This document shows, piece by piece, positions 11,495-25,139 of a stretch of 64,000 nt of DNA; position 1 is the first letter of the stretch; the number at the start of each line of letters is the position of its first letter. The notes under the pieces are model-generated. The model ran no database searches. It was not told where the DNA came from and was given only the letters and a program-made list of their open reading frames with translations. A program made the translations under genes and the position numbers. The DNA comes from Nemertoderma westbladi (lineage: Eukaryota > Animalia > Xenacoelomorpha), in contig JAUCBJ010002899.1 in assembly GCA_032718475.1 (NCBI GenBank), positions 33,178 to 97,177 of the forward strand, given 5' to 3'.

Positions 11495-12850
11495 CAAGCT
11501 TGGGGGAACCCTTACAATGTTATATAGTGTCTGGTAGGAGGAGATGTGTGCGTGCATCGTACAGTCAACCCGGTGTAGAATTCTTGTGTATATGCCATCA
11601 TAAGATTTGGTGTCCTCAGCAGTTATAGCCTAGAATGGACACTAATTTATGTTCTAAATAATCGGGTGTTCTTGTTCTTGTGGAAACCCCTACTTCCCAA
11701 TCCTGGAAAGCCCATTCAATGATTCCCATGCCTTTCCCTTACGTATTCGAAGGTCCTCACCTGACTTCCGGGTCCATGATCCAAGGTAACAGAAGACGTC
11801 CACATGCTCAAGCATATCATCCTTTGCGCTTATGCTCATCCGGTCAGAGATCTGATGAGGACTTTCAAAGTTAACTGTCAAAATGTTGGTCTTTTTGTAG
11901 TTAAAAAAGACCAACACTAGAAGCAGCCTTTTCTAAAGAGCTGGGGAACTGTTGGTTGGGCTCCTCTAATGATTCTGAGAGTACTCCTAAGTCATCAGCA
12001 AAGTCTAGATCATTTATCTAAGACTTAGCTGGATTTCCTTGACTTCTGGAGCCAGTAGGTGGAGTTACCATCACCCCATCATCATTATGATGATCTATGG
12101 ACATGCGTAGAACATAGTCAACCACAATTATGAACAAGAATGGCGCAAGTGGGTCTCCCCTGGAGGAATCCCGTAACACTTCGAATGGATCTGTGTCACA
12201 AACCAAGGACAAAAATGTTGTCGAACAATCGTATATTGATCTGTTTGCTGCAATAATTTCATCAGGAATCCTATATAATGAAAGTATGCTGAACATATAT
12301 GAGCGAGAGACTGAATGAAAGGCCTTGAAGAAGTCAACAAAGATAACAGCCAGATGCCTGTCTTTCTTTTTTGACAACCCTTCAATTTCAATTATCCTTC
12401 TAAGTGCCAAAATGGGCACCATGGTCCCACGACATTTATGAAACACATTCTGATTTCCACGGAGCAGTCTCTCAATAGGATCCCTTATGGGATTTATTAC
12501 AACTCTATTGTATGCTTTTCAGCAATTAAGATGAATGAGATTCCCCGAAAAGAAACATAGAGTGTTAGATTGCTTTAGTGTTAGGTTCCAACCATTGAGG
12601 CGATCGGCTGGTGATTCTGCCTTAACCTTGGTCGTTCGTTGGCTTTTCTGCCCAGTAAGCAAGTTTATCGATTTACATGCCTGGGATGATTGCCTGCTGT
12701 CGTCGGCAACATTGATGGCATGAACAATGAACATGTTAGTTTATAAGCTCCTGTAGATTACTGCCATTTCAGGGCCATAGATGCAGCCTTAACTGCATTG
12801 TTTGCCGCTGTAGTCTGTTTGAGTCGGGACTCTTTCTGTGCCTTATTGAG
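11495..12850 (-). mobile_element. Decayed RTE-like LINE RT fragment
   Basis: ILALRRIIE, FVDFFKAFHSV, GDPLAPFLFIIVVDYVLR, DLDFADD, YLGSW; same family as 28440-29670. Confidence 0.85.
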
Positions 12851-14390
12851 AACCTTGGATATTCATACATTAAACCAAGACTAACGATTAGCGATTTATA
12901 AGCGGTGACGGTTTGCCAACAATAAATAATCTTATTTTTATTTGTTGCTGATTAAAGGTTAAAAATTTCCAGAAAATTTGTTTAAAAATATCTTTTTTTA
13001 ACTAATTTTTTACATTTTTTAAGTAATTTTGACTTATTAACTGCTGCCCTGATGAGGATTAACTTTATCTGATTATAAGTCTGATAGAAAAAGAAGGACA
13101 AGGAAGGACCACAATCAAACCAAAAAGATAAAGAAGAAAAGAAGTAAATACTGAGAACAAATGAAGAAGGTAAATGAAGCATTCGAAAAAGAGTTGAAAA
13201 TCTATTTTATTAATATCTATTGTTATATTCATTCAGTCTCAATTAATTCATTTTATAGCTACGTAATAGTAAGATTAAAGATTAAAATTAAATGTTAATG
13301 TTAATTGTATTACAGTAATAAAAAAAATTTTTTTTACTTTTTATGATGAATTATTACTTTTTATAATGAATTTTTACATTTTTTAACTAATTTTTAACTT
13401 TTTTTAACCATTTTTTTTTATTTATTTAATGAACTTTTTACTAAACAATATAATCAAATTGATACATACTTTCATATAATTGAGTAGTTCCTGGTGCATA
13501 ATGATTATATAATGTAGAACAAGGCTTGTCGGGTAGCTTACTGTCGTCAAGTAATGTAATATTGGGGTTTGGTTGAGGAGATAACGAGTGCATTAATAAT
13601 GTTATCATTATTTATTTACCAATTGTTACTGTTTATTGCATGATATTGGTATTCTCGTAAACATCTATTACGGCCTACTTAATAAACGAAAATATTTTGC
13701 ATACATACAGTAGCAGCTATTCATTGAAGAGGTCAAAGTTCAGTAATGTTCGCTTTGTTTGCATAAGAACGGTTTGCTATACCGTTATATACTAAAGAAA
13801 AAGTAGTCTCAAGCTAAAATTACTCAGTGGTGAGGAATGTTGGGTGATTTAATACTGCCACACTGTCAATTATTAAACTAATTATAAACAATTGATGTTA
13901 TCCCAGATAATCCCAATCTTCAAGGTGTTCTTTAGGTGGCGTGTTAGGCAGGAATTCTTAGGATAGTATTTCGAGGGGCTTTTTTAAAATTATTATTTTA
14001 AGTAACTTCCATATCGTGAACTGTTAAAAGCTGATTCAATTCCGCCCAGGTATTCGACAGGAAGTCAGGTCTTCACACATGATTTCCAAATACATGATCC
14101 CGACATGCCGGAATCATGCTTAATTCCTTAAATCCAAATCCATCCCAATGTTCTAAAACTGCTTTATAAAGCAGCACAATGCGAAATTATAACAATTTAT
14201 AAAATTATTCAAGATAGAGTTGTTAATCAGTCGTTTTAATAATTCTCAATTGTAATATCTGTATCTCTGTAGAGGTCAAATTACGTCGTCTTTGTCTAAC
14301 TAGCAGCCAATGGAATAGTCAATTTTTCTCCATCGATGGATGTTTCATCCTGACTTGTTTCGCTGCTTATTCCATCAAAATCCAGTAGAT

Positions 14391-17300
14391 TGTGTACAGG
14401 CATACAGTAGACTCGTGGTGTACAGGCATACAGTAGACTCGTGGTGTACAGGCATACAGTAGACTCGTGGTGTACAGGCATACAGTAGACTCGTGGTGTA
14501 CAGGCATACAGTAGACTCGTGGTGTACTGGCATACAGTAGACTCGTGGTGTACAGGCATACAGTAGACTCGTGGTGTACAGGCATACAGTAGACTCGTGT
14601 TGTACAGGCATACAGTAGACTCGTGGTGTACAGGCATACAGTAGACTCGTGGTGTACAGGCATACAGTAGACTCGTGGTGTACAGGCATACAGTAGACTC
14701 GTGGTGTACTGGCATACAGTAGACTCGTGGTGTACAGGCATACAGTAGACTCGTGGTGTACAGGCATACAGTAGACTCGTGGTGTACTGGCATACAGTAG
14801 ACTCGTGGTGTACAGGCATACAGTAGACTCGTGGTGTACAGGCATACAGTAGACTCGTGGTGTACAGGCATACAGTAGACTCGTGGTGTACAGGCATACA
14901 GTAGACTCGTGGTGTACTGGCATACAGTAGACTCGTGGTGTACTGGCATACAGTAGACTCGTGGTGTACAGGCATACAGTAGACTCGTGGTGTACTGGCA
15001 TACAGTAGACTCGTGGTGTACTGGCATACAGTAGACTCGTGGTGTACAGGCATACAGCAGACTCGTGGTGTACTGGCATACAGTAGACTCGTGGTGTACA
15101 GGCATACAGTAGACTCGTGGTGTACTGGCATACAGTAGACTCGTGGTGTACAGGCATACAGTAGACTCGTGGTGTACTGGCATACAGTAGACTCGTGGTG
15201 TACTGGCATACAGTAGACTCGTGGTGTACAGGCATACAGTAGACTCGTGGTGTACTGGCATACAGTAGACTCGTGGTGTACTGGCATACAGTAGACTCGT
15301 GGTGTACAGGCATACAGTAGACTCGTGGTGTACTGGCATACAGTAGACTCGTGGTGTACAGGCATACAGTAGACTCGTGGTGTACTGGCATACAGTAGAC
15401 TCGTGGTGTACAGGCATACAGTAGACTCGTGGTGTACAGGCATACAGTAGACTCGTGGTGTACTGGCATACAGTAGACTCGTGGTGTACAGGCATACAGT
15501 AGACTCGTGGTGTACTGGCATACAGTAGACTCGTGGTGTACAGGCATACAGTAGACTCGTGGTGTACTGGCATACAGTAGACTCGTGGTGTACTGGCATA
15601 CAGTAGACTCGTGGTGTACTGGCATACAGTAGACTCGTGGTGTACTGGCATACAGTAGACTCGTGGTGTACAGGCATACAGTAGACTCGTGGTGTACAGG
15701 CATACAGTAGACTCGTGGTGTACTGGCATACAGTAGACTCGTGGTGTACTGGCATACAGTAGACTCGTGGTGTACAGGCATACAGTAGACTCGTGGTGTA
15801 CTGGCATACAGTAGACTCGTGGTGGACAGGCATACAGTAGACTCGTGGTGTACAGGCATACAGTAGACTCGTGGTGGACAGGCATACAGTAGACTCGTAG
15901 TGTACAGGCATACAGTAGACTCGTAGTGTACAGGCATACAGTAGACTCGTGGTGTACAGGCATACAGTAGACTCGTGGTGTACTGGCATACAGTAGACTC
16001 GTGGTGTACAGGCATACAGTAGACTCGTGGTGTACAGGCATACAGTAGACTCGTGGTGTACAGGCATACAGTAGACTCGTGGTGTACTGGCATACAGTAG
16101 ACTCGTGGTGTACAGGCATACAGTAGACTCGTGGTGTACTGGCATACAGTAGACTCGTGGTGTACAGGCATACAGTAGACTCGTGGTGTACTGGCATACA
16201 GTAGACTCGTGGTGTACTGGCATACAGTAGACTCGTGGTGTACAGGCATACAGTAGACTCGTGGTGTACTGGCATACAGTAGACTCGTGGTGTACAGGCA
16301 TACAGTAGACTCGTGGTGTACTGGCATACAGTAGACTCGTGGTGTACAGGCATACAGTAGACTCGTGGTGTACAGGCATACAGTAGACTCGTGGTGTACT
16401 GGCATACAGTAGACTCGTGGTGTACTGGCATACAGTAGACTCGTGGTGTACAGGCATACAGTAGACTCGTGGTGTACTGGCATACAGTAGACTCGTGGTG
16501 TACAGGCATACAGTAGACTCGTGGTGTACTGGCATACAGTAGACTCGTGGTGTACAGGCATACAGTAGACTCGTGGTGTACAGGCATACAGTAGACTCGT
16601 GGTGTACTGGCATACAGTAGACTCGTGGTGTACAGGCATACAGTAGACTCGTGGTGTACTGGCATACAGTAGACTCGTGGTGTACAGGCATACAGTAGAC
16701 TCGTGGTGTACTGGCATACAGTAGACTCGTGGTGTACTGGCATACAGTAGACTCGTGGTGTACTGGCATACAGTAGACTCGTGGTGTACTGGCATACAGT
16801 AGACTCGTGGTGTACAGGCATACAGTAGACTCGTGGTGTACAGGCATACAGTAGACTCGTGGTGTACTGGCATACAGTAGACTCGTGGTGTACTGGCATA
16901 CAGTAGACTCGTGGTGTACAGGCATACAGTAGACTCGTGGTGTACTGGCATACAGTAGACTCGTGGTGTACAGGCATACAGTAGACTCGTGGTGTACAGG
17001 CATACAGTAGACTCGTGGTGGACAGGCATACAGTAGACTCGTAGTGTACAGGCATACAGTAGACTCGTAGTGTACAGGCATACAGTAGACTCGTAGTGTA
17101 CAGGCATACAGTAGACTCGTGGTGTACTGGCATACAGTAGACTCGTGGTGTACAGGCATACAGTAGACTCGTGGTGTACAGGCATACAGTAGACTCGTAG
17201 TGTACAGGCATACAGTAGACTCGTAGTGTACAGGCATACAGTAGACTCGTAGTGTACAGGCATACAGTAGACTCGTGGTGTACTGGCATACAGTAGACTC

Positions 17301-20300
17301 GTGGTGTACAGGCATACAGTAGACTCGTGGTGTACAGGCGTACAGTAGACTCGTGGTGTACAGGCATACAGTAGACTCGTGGTGTACTGGCATACAGTAG
17401 ACTCGTGGTGTACAGGCATACAGTAGACTCGTGGTGTACAGGCATACAGTAGACTCGTAGTGTACAGGCATACAGTAGACTCGTAGTGTACAGGCATACA
17501 GTAGACTCGTAGTGTACAGGCATACAGTAGACTCGTGGTGTACTGGCATACAGTAGACTCGTGGTGTACAGGCATACAGTAGACTCGTAGTGTACAGGCA
17601 TACAGTAGACTCGTAGTGTACAGGCATACAGTAGACTCGTAGTGTACAGGCATACAGTAGACTCGTGGTGTACTGGCATACAGTAGACTCGTGGTGTACA
17701 GGCATACAGTAGACTCGTGGTGTACAGGCATACAGTAGACTCGTAGTGTACAGGCATACAGTAGACTCGTAGTGTACAGGCATACAGTAGACTCGTAGTG
17801 TACAGGCATACAGTAGACTCGTGGTGTACTGGCATACAGTAGACTCGTGGTGTACAGGCATACAGTAGACTCGTGGTGTACAGGCGTACAGTAGACTCGT
17901 GGTTTACAGGCATACAGTAGACTCGTGGTGTACTGGCATACAGTAGACTCGTGGTGTACTGGCATACAGTAGACTCGTGGTGTACAGGCATACAGTAGAC
18001 TCGTAGTGTACAGGCGTACAGTAGACTCGTGGTGTACAGACATACAGTAGACTCGTGGTGTACAGGCGTACAGTAGACTCGTGGTGTACAGACATACAGT
18101 AGACTCGTGGTGTACTGGCATACAGTAGACTCGTGGTGTACAGGCATACAGTAGACTCGTGGTGTACAGGCATACAGTAGACTCGTGGTGTACAGGCATA
18201 CAGTAGACTCGTGGTGTACTGGCATACAGTAGACTCGTGGTGTACTGGCATACAGTAGACTCGTGGTGTACTGGCATACAGTAGACTCGTGGTGTACAGG
18301 CATACAGTAGACTCGTAGTGTACAGGCGTACAGTAGACTCGTGGTGTACAGACATACAGTAGACTCGTGGTGTACTGGCATACAGTAGACTCGTGGTGTA
18401 CAGGCATACAGTAGACTCGTGGTGTACTGGCATACAGTAGACTCGTGGTGTACAGGCATACAGTAGACTCGTAGTGTACAGGCGTACAGTAGACTCGTGG
18501 TGTACAGGCGTACAGTAGACTCGTGGTGTACAGACATACAGTAGACTCGTGGTGTACTGGCATACAGTAGACTCGTGGTGTACAGGCATACAGTAGACTC
18601 GTGGTGTACAGGCGTACAGTAGACTAGTGGTGTACAGGCATACAGTAGACTCGTGGTGTACTGGCATACAGTAGACTCGTGGTGTACTGGCATACAGTAG
18701 ACTCGTGGTGTACTGGCATACAGTAGACTCGTGGTGTACTGGCATACAGTAGACTCGTGGTGTACAGGCATACAGTAGAATCGTGGTGTACAGACGAACA
18801 GTAGACTCGTGGTGTACAGACATACAGTAGACTCGTGGTGTACAGGCATACAGTAGACTCGTGGTGTACAGGCATACAGTAGACTCGTGTTGTACAGGCA
18901 TACTGTAGACTCGTGGTGTACAGGCATACAGTAGACTCGTGGTGTACAGGCATACAGTAGACTCGTGGTGTACAGGCATACAGTAGACTCGTGGTGTACT
19001 GGCATACATTAGACTTGTGGTGTACTGGCATACAGTAGACTCGTGGTGTACAGACGAACAGTAGACTCGCGGTGTACAGGCATACAGTAGACTCGTGGTG
19101 TACTGGCATACAGTAGATTCGCGGTGTACTGGCATGCAGTAGATTCGTAGTGTACAGGCATACAGTAGACTCGTGGTGTACTGGCATACTGTAGCCTCGT
19201 GGTGTACAGGCATACAGTAGACTCGTGGTGTACAGGCATACAGTAGACTCGTGGTGTACAGGCATACAGTAGACTCATGGTGTACATGCATACAGTAGAC
19301 TCGTGGTGTACAGGCATACAGTAGATTCGTACTGTACAGGCATACAGTAAACTCGTGGTGTACAGGCATACAGTAGACTCGTGGTGTACAGGCATACAGT
19401 AGACTCGTGGTGTACAGGCATACAGTAGATTCGTACTGTATAGGCATACAGCAGACTCGTGGTGTACAGGCATACAGTAGACTCGTGGTGTACAGGCATA
19501 CAGTAGACTCGTGGTGTACAGGCATACAGTAGACTCGTGGTGTACAGGCATACAGTAGACTCATGGTGTACATGCATACAGTAGACTCGTGGTGTACAGG
19601 CATACAGTAGATTCGTACTGTACAGGCATACAGTAAACTCGTGGTGTACAGGCATACAGTAGACTCGTGGTGTACAGGCATGCAGTAGACTCGTGGTGTA
19701 CTGGCATACATTAGACTTGTGGTGTACTGGCATACAGTAGACTCGTGGTGTACAGACGAACAGTAGACTCGTGGTGTACAGGCATACAGTAGACTCGTGG
19801 TGTACTGGCATACAGTAGATTCGCGGTGTACTGGCATGCAGTAGATTCGTAGTGTACAGGCATACAGTAGACTCGTGGTGTACTGGCATACTGTAGCCTC
19901 GTGGTGTACAGGCATACAGTAGACTCGTGGTGTACAGGCATACAGTAGACTCGTGGTGTACAGGCATACAGTAGACTCATGGTGTACGTACATGCATACA
20001 GTAGACTCGTGGTGAACAGGCATACAATAGACTCGTGGTGTACAGGCATACAGTAGACTCGTGGTGTACTGGCATGCAGTAGACTCGTGGTGTACAGGCA
20101 TACAGTAGACTCGTGGTGTACAGGCATACAGTAGACTCGTGGTGTACTGGCATACAGTAGACTCGTGGTGTACTGGCATGCAGTAGACTCGTGGTGTACA
20201 GGCATACAGTAGACTCGTGGTGTAAAGACGAACAGTAGACTCGTGGTGTACAGGCATACAGTAGACTCGTGGTGTACAGGCATACAGTAGACTCGTGGTG

Positions 20301-20874
20301 TACTGGCATACAGTAGATTCGCGGTGTACTGGCATGCAGTAGACTCGTGGTGTACAGGCATACAGTAGATTCGTAGTGTACAGGCATACAGTAGATTCGT
20401 ACTGTACAGGCATACAGTAGACTTGTGGTGTACAGGCATACAGAGACTCGTGGTGTACAGGCATACAGTAGATTCGTAGTGTACAGGCATACAGTAGATT
20501 CGTAATGTACAGGCATACAGTAGACTTGTGGTGTACAGGCATACAGAGACTCGTGGTGTACAGACGAACAGTAGACTCGTGGTGTACAGGCATACAGTAG
20601 ACTCGTGGTGTACTGACATACAGTAGATTCGCGGTGTACTGGCATACAGTAGATTCGTAGTGTACAGGCATACAGTAGACTCGTGGTGTACGTACAGGCG
20701 TACAGTAGACTCGTGGTGTACAGGCATACAGTAGACTCGTGGTGTACAGGCGTACAGTAGACTCGTGGTGTACAGGCATACAGTAGACTCGTGGTGTACA
20801 GGCATACAGTAGACTCGTGGTGTACAGGCATACAGTAGATTCGTGGTGTATAGGCATACAGTAGACTCGTGGTG
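14391..20874. repeat. 26 bp minisatellite, ~250 copies, consensus GGTGTACAGGCATACAGTAGACTCGT
   Basis: Direct inspection; ~6.5 kb head-to-tail with no spacers; common variants TACAGG/TACTGG and CGTGGT/CGTAGT. Confidence 0.98.
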
Positions 20875-21218
20875 ATTTTAATTTTCTTGGTTATTGGATT
20901 GGGGTAAGCCTTCTTACATATTTCAGGTGTACCCAAGTTCCATTCACCATAACTACCAACATTATCTACCTTGTCAACCCTAATAGGTCCACTCCATTTT
21001 GTTGTACACTTTACATCTCCTGAACCTCCTGGTTTAACATACCATATCGCCAACATTTATTCGATTTTTTTTGCGACCTCAGTACCTTTAGGCACTTTTT
21101 TTATTCTCAGTGATTCCTGGTAGTGTTGCAATTCTTCTCGCTAAACCTTGAGTCAATTTGTAATCTCACCTTCGTGTGTTATTATAGAATGTCATACCAA
21201 TTTGTTATATAAATGTTA

Positions 21219-22520
21219 TGTGGGGCGAGCCACGAAGTTGGCGGAGCCTTAGCGAATTGACACTGTTAGGGGGTGGGTCAATTTATGCAAATAGTTGTCG
21301 TCGTCGTCGTCGTCGTTGTCGTCGTCGTCGTCGTTGTCGTCGTCGTCGTCGTCGTCGTTACGATTTTGACATGCTAATAACTTTGTCGGATTTAAAGCTG
21401 CCAAGTTGAAAATTTGTAGGTATCAATGTGAGCAAAAGTTGAGATTTTTGAGAGACTTTCAGACACCATCAGTGCAATGGTCTCCCGCTAGAGGGCCACA
21501 TGTCTAAACATTAAATGCCCTCCCATTTCTTTGCTTTTAATCCGTTTAAGCTGAAACTTGGCAGATATGTATTAGACCATTAGCTGTGACTTTCAAAGGA
21601 GGCGAATCCATCTGCAGTTCTCCAGTCTGCCGCTAGAGGCCCAAAGGTCTGAAAGTGAAATCGTTGTCGTCGTTACGATTTTGACATGCTAATAACTTTG
21701 TCGGATTTAAAGCTGCCAAGTTGAAAATTTGTAGGTATCAATATGAGCTAAAGTTGAGATTTTTGAGAGACTTTCAGACACCATCAGTGCAATGGTCTCC
21801 CGCTAGAGAGCCACATGTCTAAACATTAAATGCCCTCCCATTTCTTTGCTTTTAATCCGTTTAAGCTGAAACTTGGCAGATATGTATTAGACCATTAGCT
21901 GTGACTTTCAAAGGAGGCGAATCCATCTGCAGTTCTCCAGTCTGCCGCTAGAGGGCCAAATGTCTGAAAGTGAAATCGTTGTCGTCGTTATGATATTGAC
22001 ATGCTATGCTTATAACTTTGTCGAATTTAAAGCTGCCAAGTTGAAAATTTGTTTTGTTGAAAATCAGTTCAACAGTCACCCGCTATAGGACTACTTTATG
22101 CCTGAAAGTGAATAGATTCTCCCGTCTCATTGATTTTAATCAGTTTAAGCTGAATCTTGCCATATATTCTGGACCTAATGCTGCGTCTTTGTGGGGGGGG
22201 GGGGGAGATTTAATCGGTCTGCCGCTATACGACGAAATTTCTGAAAGTGAGATCCGTCTCTCATTTCGTTATCCGTTATTCAAGATGAAACTTGGCCGAT
22301 GTACGTATGTACTATTCATCCATATGCTGTGTCTTTGTGGGGCTGGAGACCCTAATCCATCTTCAGTTCTCACTATACCGCTAGAGTCAGAAATGTCTGA
22401 ATAGAAATGAAAGAGGTAAAAAGTGATTAGGCGAAATCTGCTTAAAATTTGCTAATACAGTAATACTTTCGAATTAGTACTTAAATTAAATTTAAGTCAC
22501 GTGCTGCGCGAAGGCCCCAT
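21219..22520 (+). mobile_element. Helentron/DINE-1/'pearl'-like non-autonomous element with (GTC)n tract and internal ~315 bp tandem repeats
   Basis: Ends TGTGGGGCGAGCCACGAAG and CGTGCTGCGCGAAGGCCCCA; (GTC)n at 21297-21358; repeat units start near 21355, 21670 and 21985. Confidence 0.65.
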
Positions 22521-23601
22521 TTCGTGTATATGTTATAGTTTGTCCGGATCTGCTCTGCTTGCCCATTGTCAACGTTCTGCCCGCTCAACCAGATCCCCCA
22601 GTGGCCAGTGTGCACATGAGTCAATGTGGTTTACCTCCCAAACATCTAGAAATCTTTTACAATGATCACTTCTGAATGAATGATGGTCATTGATTTGCAA
22701 TAACCTCATTAGGTGGCCCCATTTCTAAAAATAGTTATTGTATTTGATTTTTGACTGTGACTGATTTTTCTTTTGGTGTGGGACTGCAAATAATATAGTT
22801 AGATGCACAGTATTCTATTCATAGGTAAAACTTGATTGGGTATAAATTTTATTCTAAAAAATCCATTGACAGTCTATTCCACTTAATCTCGAACATGGTG
22901 TTATCCATAGATCCAGGGTTTGGGTCGTTCCGTTTGAATTGTTCATATTTGTTACATACTTCATGTACCAATTGTTTTGGAAATTTTATCCTATTCAATT
23001 CACGACCTTTTTGCACAATGGAGTAGTACGTTCTATTCCTTGATGGCCATTGTTATGAATGTATTCAATTCTTTTTCGAATGACCACTGTCATGGGAGCC
23101 CTATTGGCATGTTGCAGAACATTTGTTTTCTCTTGCATGTGGCCCATTGCAACAAGATGGTTTGTATTTTTATTTTCAGTATCATCCTTTTCTTTACTAC
23201 TTAACACCAACCAGTGAGGTGGAAGTCTGGTAAGTTTATCAGCTAGATTCTCCCCCGAAAGAATGCCCTGAAAATAATTAAACAATTAAAAAAATTATTA
23301 ATATATATTTAAAAAAAAAACAATTAGTTTATACTCTTTAATTAATTATCCACTTAAATCTAGTTTCCTCGCTTGACCTTTAGTTCTTGCTCTATTACAA
23401 TCGTGGAATACTTCTTTAATCCAATTATAAGCTGTGGCAGAGTCATTGATCCCTTCAATAGCAGCATCATGTTCAGGTTCATTTATGTGCCTTGTATCAT
23501 TTACTTAACATGAGTGTGATATGTCCTCTGCTGTTATCCACAGATTTATTTATCACCACTCTCCTTGCAGTGGAACTTGCATCCGTACACACCTCTCCTG
23601 T

Positions 23602-23956
23602 GTATGGTAGGCATCAAACTTCGCCCGCGAGAAAGCTTCGCCCACATCCAATCATCGCCCGGAGCAATCTTTGCCCTCAAAATGAGCAACTATTGCCTGG
23701 TGGAAGGAATCCTTCGCCCACAAGCAATCTTCGCCCTCGAGCAACCTTCGCCCATTAAATAATTATTGTTTTGGTTAGAAAAATCCGTCTCTGTAACCTG
23801 CTCCTTTCCATCAATTTGTAACTAATATATTTACTTACACAAATCGTAATGGGCGAAAGTAGCTTGTGGGCAAAGATTGCCGTGTTCACGAAGGTTGGAT
23901 GTAGGCAAATATTTGATGCGGGTGAAAGTTGGATGCGGGTGAAGATTGCACCCAAC
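23602..23956. mobile_element. MITE with repeated CTTCGCCC / GGGCGAA(A/G) subterminal motifs, possible 9 bp TSD (MULE-like)
   Basis: CTTCGCCC repeats on the left are inverted on the right; flanks CTCTCCTGT / CCCTCCTGT. Confidence 0.55.
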
Positions 23957-24213
23957 CCTCCTGTACCGGTTGTATCTATCACCGACTCACCATTTTACAG
24001 GGTCACCATGTTTAAATTTTTCAATGGTCTCCTTTATCATACTTTTTACATAATTGTTCACTATTTCAACCCATCCAATGCCTGTGCAGCTATGTTGAAT
24101 CCAGTCACAATATGGTCTAAACCAACCAGCTACAAGATAATGTCCAATTTATTTACCACAAATGGAATGAAACACTCATCGAGTTAATTTTTCTGGATGT
24201 TCCTCTAGAATTG

Positions 24214-24753
24214 TGTTACAGCAGTGGTTGGCTCAGCTCTGACTGTCGACTGTTAAGGCTGTTTTCTTCGTACTCGCTAGCTTAGACGCTATATGGTTGT
24301 CGTGGACTGGTTGAATGAAAGGTTGTTTTTGTTCTCTTGTTGTATAATATGTGTATAACTGAGCAACTGGATAGCAACTGACAATATAAATAATAGACTC
24401 AGACTGGTATCCTATGTATAGCTGAAACTAGAGCTAGAGCTGCTAATTAGCTCTCTCACTAGCCTGATATTTATTCCAGCCAATATTTGTAAATTGGCCC
24501 CCAACCCACTTTGTAATTGGAGCGCATAGAAGACTGGGTCCATTAACAAACATCCTGCCATTTCAGAATTTATGTGCTCCAAGCTCACCTCATTCGCAGC
24601 TCGTCCCGTGCGGCAACCTTCCATAACACGTTGTGGGGTCTTCGAGCTGCACGAGCACGTGTTCAAATGTTCAATGACTGAGCAGCGACTAATTAACAAA
24701 TTGATGAGAGATTCATTGACCAGCTACTGTACAGACATACCAATATTGTGACA
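24214..24753 (-). mobile_element. Candidate LTR upstream of the Gypsy remnant
   Basis: TGTCACA...TGTAACA termini on the minus strand; no TSD, PBS or second copy found. Confidence 0.3.
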
Positions 24754-25139
24754 AATATTTTAGTTTAATGTTTGATTCAATTAAAGGCACAAATTAAAAA
24801 GGCTACAAATATACAGGGGTGAATAAGTAAATTAGTCACCCATTAATAGGTAGACAAATATAAATTCCAATCTATATAAATTTTTAAATTCAGTAGTGTG
24901 CGTGTGTTGTGTATTGATTCCGTAGATTTCATGTTGAAATAGCGTTCATTAATTCAATTTCTATGTAATTATTCAGGCATACTAATACCCTCTTTAAATT
25001 AGTTCGTGTGTGTTAAGTGTGTAAGATTTAATTGTTTCGGCACGATCGCAAATGTCGCAAACTTCGGGAATTTTTTCTACAATTTTGACTCCTTAGGCAA
25101 AAGGGTGCCGAATGAGATTCAAACCTTTTTTTTGTGTTT

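Larger units (their letters stand above)
20875..24200 (-). mobile_element. Heavily decayed Gypsy-type pol remnant (RNase H start, integrase), interrupted by later insertions
   Basis: TDAS-like motif (~23580), integrase zinc-finger HNNGHQGIERT (~23050), LSMDF (~22865), KWSGP (GPY/F-like, ~20990); many stops and frameshifts. Confidence 0.7.

Noticed and set aside
14391-20874. CRISPR array or yeast-type long telomere repeat (shares GGTGTAC with Candida/Kluyveromyces repeats)
   Set aside because: No spacers and no cas genes; the array is interstitial in an animal genome and a 7 bp match is expected by chance
14296-21056. Giant minus-strand ORFs (up to 2160 aa) of MPVHHESTVCLYTTSLLYACTPRVYC repeats
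   Set aside because: By-product of a 26 bp unit that has no stop on that strand; all three frames give the same peptide, and some variants introduce stops and frame-shifting indels, so there is no sign of coding selection
21218-21409. Poly-Arg ORF
   Set aside because: (GTC)n microsatellite within a repeat element
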